DNA from: Octopus sinensis
Taxonomy: Eukaryota
Reading direction: 5' to 3'
NCBI RefSeq assembly: GCF_006345805.1
Contig: NW_021836136.1
Coordinates: forward strand, 28,078-92,077
DNA length: 64,000 nt
Shown: piece after piece, positions 1 to 10,529 of the stretch
Layout of the letters: each line of letters begins with the position of its first letter
How positions within the stretch are numbered: the first letter of the stretch is position 1
Notes under the pieces: generated by a model
Told to the model about the DNA's origin: nothing
What the model saw: the letters and a program-made list of their open reading frames with translations, nothing else
Database searches by the model: none
Position numbers and translations under genes: made by a program

Positions 1-213
1 CTGACATGCCAAGACTACCCACCTGATTTCTACTTGTCTTGTGAAATATACTGTTTAGGTTTTCTTATTTCATTTTGTTTATAAACTGCAGTATATATAT
101 ACAGGGGACCCAGGTGTTATTAAATTTTGAAAAACTGCAACTGTCTTTTGATGGAAGTGATGGGGTGAGTGGTCATCTTAAAAATTAGACAAGTGATCTT
201 TTCTTTTGTTCAG

Positions 214-242
214 TGAAGTCCTAGTTTGTAGTGATAGCTTTG
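214..242 (+). other. Candidate 29-nt micro-exon (xEVLVCSDSF), unverified
   Basis: tcttttcttttgttcag|TGAAGTCCTAGTTTGTAGTGATAGCTTTG|gtaagt. Strong acceptor and donor; one open frame (phase 2 to phase 1). No homology evidence. Confidence 0.2.
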
Positions 243-332
243 GTAAGTATGGAGAGATATGTAGGGATGTTGATATGGGTTGTTAAGGACATAATTAAAA
301 TTGAAATATCTGTTGTGTCATCATACACACAC

Positions 333-335
<3 letters not shown>

Positions 336-389
<54 letters not shown>

Positions 390-392
390 AAC
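336..392. repeat. (TA)n(CA)n microsatellite
   Basis: Direct reading of the sequence. Confidence 0.95.
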
Positions 393-492
393 ACATCAGA
401 AACCAGAATAAAACAGGATAATTAGTTTATCTATTTATTGTATTATCATAAATTATATAATCATAATACATGCTTCATTAGCAATGACTAAT

Positions 493-1810
493 ATCATCAT
501 CATCGTTTAACATATGCTTTTCATGCTGGATGGTTTGACTGAGTTCTGGCAAGCCAGTGCTCTCCCTAACGCCAACCACTCTGAGAGTGTAGTGGGTTCT
601 TTTTACGTGCCACTGGCATGGGAGCCAGTCAGGGGGCATTGACATCAACCATGTTCAGTCGATGAATTGTACATGCCACCGGCCCAGGAGCAAATCAGGG
701 GGCACTGGCATTTACCATGCTCAGATGGTGCGATTTCGATGTTACTTGACTCTACTGGTCTTCTCAAGCATATCATATTGCCCAACGATTCAAGGGTACT
801 TTTAAATGGGCTGGTCATGCAACACTGGCATTGGCCATGGCTGAAATCTCACTTAACTTGCCAGGTCCTCTCAATAACAGCATATCTCCAATTATCTCAG
901 TTTCTTGTCAGTGCCTCTGTGACGCCCAACGTTTGAAGGTCATGCTTCACCACCTCATCCCATGTCTTCCTGAATCTACCTCTTCCACAAATTCCTTCAC
1001 CTGTTAGGGTGTGACACTTCTTCACATATCTGTCCTTATCCATATGTAACACATGACCATACTTTCACAGTCATCTCTCTTGCACACCACATCTGATGCT
1101 TCTTATGTCCAACTTTTTTCTCAGGGTACTTACACTCTGTTGTGTATGCACACTAACATTATACATCCAGTGGATCATACTAGCTTCATTTCTTTCAGGC
1201 CTACGCATGGCCTCAGCAGTCATGGCCCTGTTTCACTGCCGTGTAGTATGGCAGTTCGCACATATGCATCATAGTCTACCTTTCACCCAGAGCGAGAGGC
1301 CCTTAAATGTCAGCATGGGTAGGAGCTCTCTGAACTTTGCCCAGGAAATTCTTATTCTAGTAGCTATGCTCTCAGAGCATCCACCTCCACTACAGACTTG
1401 GTTGTCTAGTTAGTGGAAGCTATCAACTACTTCTAGTTTTACCCCCTGTCATGTGATGGAATCTGTTTTCTGTATGTCTTTGGTGTTTATTGTCCCTGTG
1501 CATCTACCACACACAAAAACAACTTTCCCGGTTAACCTATCTTTGATATTGCTGCACCACTTATGTGTCCATAGCTTACACCAGGTACATCTTATGGAGT
1601 TTCTAATTACACCTTTTATACAGATTAAGCATGGTCATCTACCTAAAGGGGTTTGTGATTTGTCTGCCTTGCTACTTATTAGGACTTTGGTTTTTGCTAG
1701 GTTGACTCTAAGGTCCTTCAATTCAAGACCTTGTTTCCATGCCCTAAACTTAAGTCTCTAGCTCTTGTAGTGACTTGGCTATTAGAGCAAGATCATCAGC
1801 ATAGATAACA
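493..1810 (-). mobile_element. RTE-clade LINE, 5'-truncated and degenerate (RT C-terminal half, PHD-like finger, 3' UTR, (GAT)n tail)
   Basis: The minus strand translates to VIYADDLAL...VNLAKTKV...VVDSF...RIRISWAKFRELLPML...LHGSETWAM...RGRFRKTWDEVVKHDL, with in-frame stops. The element ends in a GATGATGAT tail at 493-504. Confidence 0.9.
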
Positions 1811-1874
1811 AATTTTTGATACACATATATGTATATAAATATGTATATACACATATACACACAATATAGATTAT

Positions 1875-2430
1875 CACCATCATCCTCATGTTTTAATGTT
1901 CACTTTTCTACGCTTGCATGGCTCAGATGAAAGTTGTCAAGGTAGATTTTTCAAGGTTGGATGCTCTTCCTTTACCAACTCTCACCTGTTTCCAAGCAAT
2001 GTAGTCCATCGAAACAACAGACAGTGTGAACATAGTTATGCAGTAAACTGAAATGAAAAACACTCTTTGAATGAGCTCACACAATACACCAAGACATGTC
2101 AAGAAGCTTGGACATGCTCTTTGCTTTTGATTGTAAGGAAAAGACACCACCAATATTGTTGTTTACAATCAGCAAACACACGTGAAGATGAGAGGAAATA
2201 CAGATCCATCCACATAAACACAAATATACACGGTGAAATTTGTCAAGGTAGATTTTCTAAAGTCAGATGTTCTTCCTTTACCATCTGTCACTTGTTTCTA
2301 TGCATATGCACATCACCATCATCATTTAAATGTTAATCTTTTCCCATATGCATGGGTTACATGAAATTTTTTAATGCAGATTTCCCATTGCCTACACTCA
2401 CCTGTTTCCATACAAGGTAATATTTCTTCA
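1875..2430 (-). repeat. Cluster of three diverged copies of a short retroposon 3'-end fragment
   Basis: A recurrent motif 'aaggtagatttt...gatg(c/t)tcttcctttacca...cacctgtttcc' occurs near 1935, 2245 and 2375, and two copies are preceded by CAT repeats. Confidence 0.5.
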
Positions 2431-2564
2431 TGTACTGACATGTATATATGGAAGAGTAGAAATGAATGACACTGCTTATACAACATTGAAGCTCCTTTAC
2501 AATCACCACACAACATCAAAAGGGAGAGTCACAAACTGACACTTACAACCTCCACACATAACCA

Positions 2565-2695
2565 TACATATACAAGGCGTTTTTCAGTTCCTGTCTATCA
2601 AATTTACTCACAAGGCTTTCATTCAGGCCAAGGCTAGTGTAGCAGACACATGTCCAAGGAACGATGCAGTGAGATTGAACCAATTACCAAGTTTG
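2565..2695 (-). mobile_element. Partial diverged copy of the major tRNA-derived SINE (family A)
   Basis: 'tttcagttcctgtctatcaaatttactcacaaggcttt...gcagacacatgtccaagg...gcagtgagattgaacc' aligns with the copies at 49576 and 53553. Confidence 0.6.
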
Positions 2696-3135
2696 CACAG
2701 ACATGCCTTTAGATATACAGCAAACTTTTACAGTCTCTCTTTACTAATTTCATTCAAAGTGTATTGGCTGACTTACAGCACTAGTACAGAATGCCAGCTG
2801 ACAACATTTATGCAATGGGACGGCACCCCTTATCATGTTTCTGAAAACAAACTTCTTTACCATACAAAGTATTGAGGCTGGGTGGACAAATGAATGGACA
2901 GATAGATAGACAAATGAATGGACTGACAAATAAACACTCAGATAAAAGTTAGGTAGATAGACAGTGCAATAGAAGGATAAAAATTTTAGTGTATGTAGAT
3001 ATTATAAAATTTATCAAGTAAAATTACTGAGTTTATTATACAAACTATGATAGAAGCAGCATTATAGTCTGGTTTACATGCAAAGTGTGACCCTGGGCAC
3101 ATTTCCCTTGTCATTATCAATAATGTGTGTATACG

Positions 3136-3142
<7 letters not shown>

Positions 3143-3174
<32 letters not shown>
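3143..3174. repeat. (CA)n microsatellite
   Basis: Direct reading of the sequence. Confidence 0.95.
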
Positions 3175-3177
<3 letters not shown>

Positions 3178-3630
3178 TGAGAGTAGAGCTTGTGATCACC
3201 AACTCACACATATTTCTTACACAACTATGCATTTATATTCTCCACATGAGTTAAAAAATCTTTCTTCTGCTCTCCTTCTCTCTTTGTAGTTACACTTCTT
3301 TCTCTCACAGTGTTTGGTCGTCTTTCTCTCTACTTCATTGTCTTTCTGACCTTCCTTCTTTTCCTCCTCTTCCAAGCCTTGCAATATTTCCCCTGTCTAC
3401 CTATCTATTTATCTCACTCTGTCTTTCTCTCAATTTCTCTAATTCTCTACTTCACCCACTTCCTTTCTCAAAATGCAATTCTTTCTCATTTCCCATTTCT
3501 TGTCTGTTTTCATCTTTTTGAACTGGGTTTTCTTCTAGAGCACATTATTTTCTGTATCACTATCCACTATCTCACTTCCTCTTCTGTTCAATGGCTATTG
3601 TTTGAACAACTATGCAATTTCTTACTTTTT

Positions 3631-3662
3631 GGATGGATGGATGGATGGATGGATAGATGGAT
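3631..3662. repeat. (GGAT)n microsatellite
   Basis: Direct reading of the sequence. Confidence 0.9.
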
Positions 3663-4355
3663 GAATAAACAGACAAACGAATAAAAAAAAAAACTCATAG
3701 AGACGCTAAGTGGGAGAAGATGTAAAAGTCAGAGTGAAATAGCATCAATATTTTACTGGAAGAAGAATAAAGTATAATAATAGGTCTGCTCTGTACACTA
3801 CAAGAAGACAGCGCATGAGAAATTTTCCAACATTACAGTGAATATTGAAACCTAAAATCAATACCAAAATCCTAATTACAGATGTGTCAAGGGAAATATT
3901 AAAAAAAAAAAATACAAAATTCAACAGCAAAAATAAAGACAACTTTACAATTTAAATAGGTAAATATAGAGTATTATGCAGTTAAACTACTTATTTTTAT
4001 TTTTATTTCATCATTGCAACGTAAGTGTGTGAGGTAGTTTATTTGGGAAACTTACTGAACTATAAATTGGTTTGCTAAAGTATCTTTAATACATATGGAT
4101 AGACGAGAAGATATAGTTGGTGAGACAATACAGGTGAACTGAAAGATAAATCTAAAAGAGATGAAGAAGAATATAACAGATAAAGATACAAGCTGTGCAC
4201 ATGCTCGTGCATGTGCACACATACATATTCAAATGCTACTGTAAGTCAACAAATGGCAAATACTCAATACATGTTACAGAGTATATTGTTTTATTAGCCT
4301 GAAGCCCTTTGCAGGCAGTTCAAGTTTCACACAACTAGAATCTTTAGGTAGGAAT

Positions 4356-4640
4356 CATCATCATCATTATCATCATCATCATCATTTAATGTCTGTTTGC
4401 CATACTGGCATGTGTTTGATAGTTTGGGAGGAGCTGGTAAATCGCAGGACTGTGCCAAGTTTTACTGTTAGCTTCAGCATGGTTTCTGTGGCTGAATGCC
4501 CTTCCTAGTGTCAACCATTTTACAGAGTGTACTAATTGCTTTTTATGTAGCACCTGCGACTGTGAGGTCAACGAGTGATTTGCAAGACAACACCCCTCAA
4601 CTGAGGTGGCTTTGTGCTAGGTGATGAGGGTCTAGAAAAT
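4356..4640 (-). mobile_element. RTE LINE 3'-UTR fragment with (GAT)n tail
   Basis: A (CAT)n run is followed by 'tttaatgtctgtttgccatactggcatg...ggctgaatgcccttcctagtgtcaaccatttt', homologous to 500-620 and 54700-54870. Confidence 0.65.
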
Positions 4641-4759
4641 GAATAGAGGAACAAAAATGGGTGTCTTGCAGTAAAAGAGATACATGGCTACTGAAAATGG
4701 AGAGAGAGAAGATGGTGATGGGGAAGGTACACTCAAGTTACAAAAAGGTGTGTATTAGT

Positions 4760-5040
4760 GGAACCAAGGATTAGTTAGGGTGAGCAGGTGGGTAAGCTCA
4801 CAAGATTGTGAAGAAAAATGGGAGTTGGGAGGGAAGGGAAGAATGTAGTGAGTGGATATAAATAGAAGGTGGTTGTGTTAGGAGGGTATGTTGTGAAGAA
4901 GAGACAAAGCAAGGACACGTGTGCAGGTAGGTTTGTGAAGGTATGAAAAGAAACAGAGAGATAGAGGGAAGAGGAATATAGTAAATGATGAACCTGAGTG
5001 GCAGAATAAGGGAAGATGGTTTGTGGGAGAAAGGTTTTTC
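4760..5040 (-). mobile_element. Possible CR1/L2-like LINE 3' end, very degenerate
   Basis: Purine-rich plus strand, similar in character to 50790-51200. No clean motif. Confidence 0.25.
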
Positions 5041-7094
5041 AAGGCTAGGTTCTGTGCCTGGACATAAATGACATGTCTTTATGGCTTCAATTTTCTTAGC
5101 TGAATGGGTCTTCTCAAGCACAGCAAATTACCAAACATAGCAGTCCTTTATCAACTCATCAAACATTGAATGTGATTTTAAATACGTTGATTGTAATTTT
5201 TATTGGCTGCATTTCTTTTTTATGTAGTTTTAATACATCATTGTTTATAGTTGTTATTTCATTTGCCAATTCACAGGTAATTGTTGTCACTGGTCAGCTT
5301 CACACTTGTATATTAATTGCAATGTATCTGTCAAAGCATATTGAGGATTTAAGGAAAAATAATATAAAAATATAAAGTGAGCAATAATTAACAGCCAACC
5401 TTACACAGATGTTTCTGAATCAGGCTCCCTGTAGACAACAGAGGAATATTATATAATTATCAATAAAAGTTATGCCTACTCAAAGAAACAATGAGGTAAT
5501 TTCAAATTGCTGACACCAGAATAAATACACTTTAAGAAATGATTTTAAATGCAAACAAGGGTAAATACCAGAGGATGCAAAACTGAAGAAATAGTTGTGG
5601 AGACACAACACTGCCAACACCATTGAAATAACAAAATAATCCAAAAGAAAGAATGATATTTAGAGACAGCAAATTTATAACAAACATATTTTAAAATATC
5701 CTTAACAACTTCAAACCTAATTAACAGTTTCAGAAAGAGAATAAGACCTTTACCAAAGCAGTATATTAATGATATAATCAGTAGGAAGATGCAAAAAAGA
5801 ACTACTGAACCAACTAATGGATAAGTAATAAATAAATTAAAAAGGTTTAGGAAAATATGATACAATTATGTAATATAAAGGCAGAGAAAGAAAGAAAACT
5901 GAATGAGCCAATGGTAAGCAATATAATAACAACTTCAGAACAACTGGGTATGAAAAACAATATAGAGATAAACAAGGGTGAAACTGATCAACGACAAATA
6001 CAACACTCAGTGAACCTGAATAACACCCTTCAAGAACCCCATAACAAAGCAAAATTAGAAAAAAGTATATTAATATGATAGCCTCAGGCAAAAGAATGAA
6101 CTACAGGTAGAGAATTATGAAAAGATCCAGAATATATACAAAAGGATTAAGGATACGTCAGCTTTGTACAGTGGAGAAGCAGATATATTGGATAAGTTGA
6201 AGGACTTTGGCAACTGTTTTTTTTTTCATTACTTTCCCCCAGGTTGACATATATGAGCCAATCAACTGGAAAATCCTGCTTACACCAGCATAATACTTAC
6301 TTAAGACAACCCTTACCCAAGTGTATACTGAGCATTCTCCGCTAGCAATAAATACACACATAACACACGTTGAAGATACACTCAGAATGATTTTAACACT
6401 TCCAAACCAGTCATCACAAAAATGAAGAATAACAAAAAAAAAAAAATAGAAAAAAGGAAAGAAACAACAAATTCTCTACTTGACAGACATAAGTACAAAA
6501 GCAATATAAACATGGTATTTCCTAGAAATTTACATGAAAAATTTAATAATCATAGCTCAACTGAGAAATAGGCAAATTATGCCACTTTCAATTCCCTGCT
6601 GCCAGTATCTCTTCCTATTTGTCATCCTTCCATGTTTTTTTACAAGTATATATATTTGTTGACCCATCAAAATAGGAAGAGGTAAGTCTACATTTCAGAT
6701 GAAGGTCGGATAGGTACACAGCCATGTGTGTCCATATGTGTACATATAATACACACAAACATTGGATCAGTTAAATTTCAAATTTCAAAATAAGGAGCAC
6801 TCAATATTATGAGTATTATTTTTTTTACAATTATAGAACACGTGTCAATCCATGTTAACATTTGTTTCAAAACTATTTGTATGCTAAAATATATATCTAA
6901 AGACAATGATTCACTCTCACCATCAAGGTGTTTTGTCAATGTTTGTGTGAAAACACACACCTATGTGAAGAGAGACACCCAAGTTAGAACATTCTTGAAA
7001 TTGATAATAACATTAATTTACAAGAGTTCCATAATTATTACAGATATACATACAAATATATATACATACACTCATTATATATATATACACTCAT

Positions 7095-7442
7095 TATCGC
7101 TATGTGCTCCGTGTGGGCAGTCATCTAAGAGCTTTTGTTCATCTTGATGCTGACATAAGTTCCTTGTTTTTCCTGATGAGAAGGCGGCATAATGCACCCC
7201 TTATTCCTTAGAAATTAGGAATATGCAGCCTTCGAAACATATGTCGAGAATAAAGGAATTTTGTTAAATCGTCGTTCAACTCCATTCTTTCATTTATTTG
7301 TATTAAAAAAACACACAAATTTCCACACGAAAGCACGTGATCTCTGCCCTTGGCATGTAGCTTCAACTGTGTTTTTCTGACGTGAATTTGCTACCCAGGT
7401 ATCGGTTAACCGAATTATCCATACTAAGATAATTCATTCAAC
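7095..7442 (+). mobile_element. Hammerhead-bearing repeat island (Penelope-like terminal repeat or retrozyme-like unit; class inferred)
   Basis: CpG-containing island of about 350 bp between a TA/CA-rich tract and a compound microsatellite. It carries the hammerhead, a CGGTTAACCG palindrome and a GAATTATC/GATAATTC hairpin near its 3' end. No RT or GIY-YIG coding sequence is visible. Confidence 0.45.
7159..7259 (+). ncRNA. Type I hammerhead ribozyme
   Basis: Layout: stem I 5' strand (ttccttgtttttc), CTGATGA (7173-7179), stem II GAAGGC...GCCTTC extending to 11 of 12 bp, GAAA (7234-7237), C-ATAT-G, TC with cleavage after C7245, then stem I 3' strand (gagaataaaggaa). All core nucleotides are canonical, and helix III is the palindrome ACATATGT. 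Confidence 0.82.
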
Positions 7443-7443
7443 T

Positions 7444-7444
<1 letters not shown>

Positions 7445-7518
<74 letters not shown>

Positions 7519-7519
7519 A
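7445..7519. repeat. Compound (CA)n(TA)n(GA)n microsatellite
   Basis: Direct reading of the sequence. Confidence 0.95.
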
Positions 7520-10500
7520 ATGCATGCACACACCATATAAATACAGAGACATACACTAATACTTGTATACATAAACACAATTATCTATGCATGCACACAC
7601 CCAATTATATAAATATATACATACACTTACACACATATACATATACACATGTATGCAAGTATATGTAGATGTATATATGTACACACACGCTCATACAAGC
7701 CCACGTATATATGCTTTTACTGATTCAGTCATTGGACTAGAGCCATAAACACATACTGATTAGTTGATTAAGCAATTGATGTCAGTGATTATATACTATA
7801 AATATGACAAGTTTGTTAGTATATTATCGTTATTTAATTAGTAGTCTTTGTCCATTTAAAGAATTATTCAGGACAGGAATAATCTATATTTTGCCAGGTC
7901 AATTCATTAAAAAGAGAATGTAATTTTAACAAAATGGGGTAATATATCCGTCTATAGGATTACCACACAGACTTAAAACCAGATAAATTCTTACACTCTC
8001 TTTCTCGTAAACAGTCAAATTGAATAATTAAGAACAGAGAATCATAAATATCGAAAACACTTCAAAAGAGAATTTTCAAAGACATATGCTTTGGGTAACA
8101 TAATATTTTCTGGAAATATCCTCACACAGATATAATAAACTGAGATTTTCTTAAAAGAATTATAAACTTGACAAAATGAAAAGATTTGACAAGAGAAATT
8201 ACACTTTGTTTGTGGTTGTGTGAGTGAATTATTCAAAAGATATATAATTTTATGATGAGAAATTATTTTTAAACTCAAGAAGAGTGTACTTTAATTTTGG
8301 TTTTACTGGAGGAATCAAAATCTGAAAGCTGTTAAATTTGCTCTTCAAAGGTTTGTGGCCAATTTGTAATACAAAATATTTATACACAACACAGGATAAA
8401 TCAGAATTACTGCAATAATTTTAGAAATCATAAGCCTTATAGCGTATCAATAAACATACTCATTCTATACTATTGAAATATGAAAAAAAAAAACAAAAAA
8501 AAACTAAAGCGGATTTCCAAATGCACAATACGGCATAAATCAAAAGAATTTTTGAAATATTATATAAAAAATGAACTTCATTATTCATTGTTGAATTAGA
8601 ATAAAAATATAAGCGTATTCCTTTGATACTATTAGCATGGAAAAAAAATGAAGTTTCCTGACAGACTATTTCACAATTTGTTGATCTTTCCTCAGAGGAT
8701 GTACCCATCTTCTTTTCCCAATCAAATGGAATAATTAAGATTGGTGTGTCTTAAATATTGAAACCACTTAAAAATAAAAGTTTTCTATTCCTATAAACAC
8801 AGTTTTGAGAGATAAATATTTTGGCCAGTATAATACTTGTCTATATTTAAATACACTAAATGTAAGAACGTGAAATTTTCAAAAAATATTTACCAAGTTT
8901 ATGAAAGCAGAAAAGTTAACTGTTGAAACTGAACTGGGTTGTCTAGAGAATTATGTAAATAAAGATATATATTCATCCAATAGGTAGATATTGGTATGAT
9001 CTAACTTTGGTTTTGCTGAAGAAGTATTAGACTCAGCATCAAAATCTAGAAGTTGTATCTGCGTTTCAAGAACTCATGCCAAATAGTGATATGATCAGGT
9101 AGCATTATATGAAATATTTATGCCCAACACAGTGTAAATCAGAACTGGGGTAATTTTTAATATTATAAAACCTCACTGTGTATTAAAAATACTATAAATA
9201 CATTCACTCAACAGTACTGAAATGGGGAAACATGAGGGGAGTCTCTTGCCAAAATATTTCATTGTTTGTTGACCACTCCTCAGAAAACATACCTATCTTC
9301 CTTCCTCAGTGACAAGCAAGAAATAACTGCTTTTCAGCAGTTACAAATTGCTGTAGTACATTAGCACATAGTTTAATTTGCACACTTGTGTTTTTGACAG
9401 CTCATCATTAATGTGTTTACATACATTTTCTTACTTAACTTACAGTGAGACTTTGAAATATTAAAATTTACTTCAATTCTTCTGATTATGTTTGTGCTGT
9501 GCATAAATAGCTAATGACAAACTACAAGAAAACCCCCAACAAAAGTGCAAATTACACTATCCAGTCATGTTCTCACCTAATTAATGACAAGTTTATTTAT
9601 AAGCAGCTGATCTATACAACTTAAGAGTTTACTTTAAGTTTAACCACAACTTAACAGAACTACCATACTTGAAATATGTGAAAGTTTTTAAATAATGTTG
9701 GATATTCTAAAAACTATTAATTCAAGTTGTCTAAAATTCAAAGCTAGAAAATGTTAATTCATATTATGTAAAATAACACAATGAGTAACTCATTCATTAT
9801 ATCACCCATCAGAATTAATATCAGTATATTCATCACAGAACATATCTCCAAAGTGAAATATGTATCTTGAAATATTATGGACTGATCATTGCTATTATGA
9901 AAATAGTTATCAAACATTACTTTGCTTTTGTATCTGGTTTGCAAGCTTCTTTATGTGAATTTGTGTGTTGAAACAATTTTTTTTGCGGCTAGAAAGAGTC
10001 ATTATGCCAATATTATCAACACATGCACTGGTTCAATGACAAATAATAAAGGAGTAGAACTGAACCAGTGTGTGTATTAATAATATTGTATAATGACTCT
10101 CTCTAGACAACAAATAAATTTATACTGAGAATATGGTTTCAGTATCAGACTTTACACTTATATTGTTGTTTAGTCAATTCTTAGCTGAAAATTTAATGTG
10201 GAAATAATTGCAAAAATATATCCTTACCATTAAAGCTATCAGAAATCACAAATCCGTCTGTAAAAGACAAAAATAAATATCGTTAAAAACATTATCTATG
10301 TTACATTACATATTAATTTTAAAACAAGTAGTAACAATAATTTTTTTCTTAATTTTTATGGGTTGGGAATGCAGGCATCATTGCCTCTCTCCTGTCATTA
10401 TTTTCTAGTTTCTATCAGTTTTTATTTGCATTTCTTCAATGAAGAGCCATTCATAAACTAAGTCTTGCATTATTGTGCATGATGGGTTGTTACTTTTTCC

Positions 10501-10529
10501 TCTTTTTTTTCACACAGTAAAGAACTGGT

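Noticed and set aside
5400-6330. A-rich stretch with ORFs that looks like decayed LINE coding sequence
   Set aside because: No diagnostic RT or endonuclease motif could be read with confidence.
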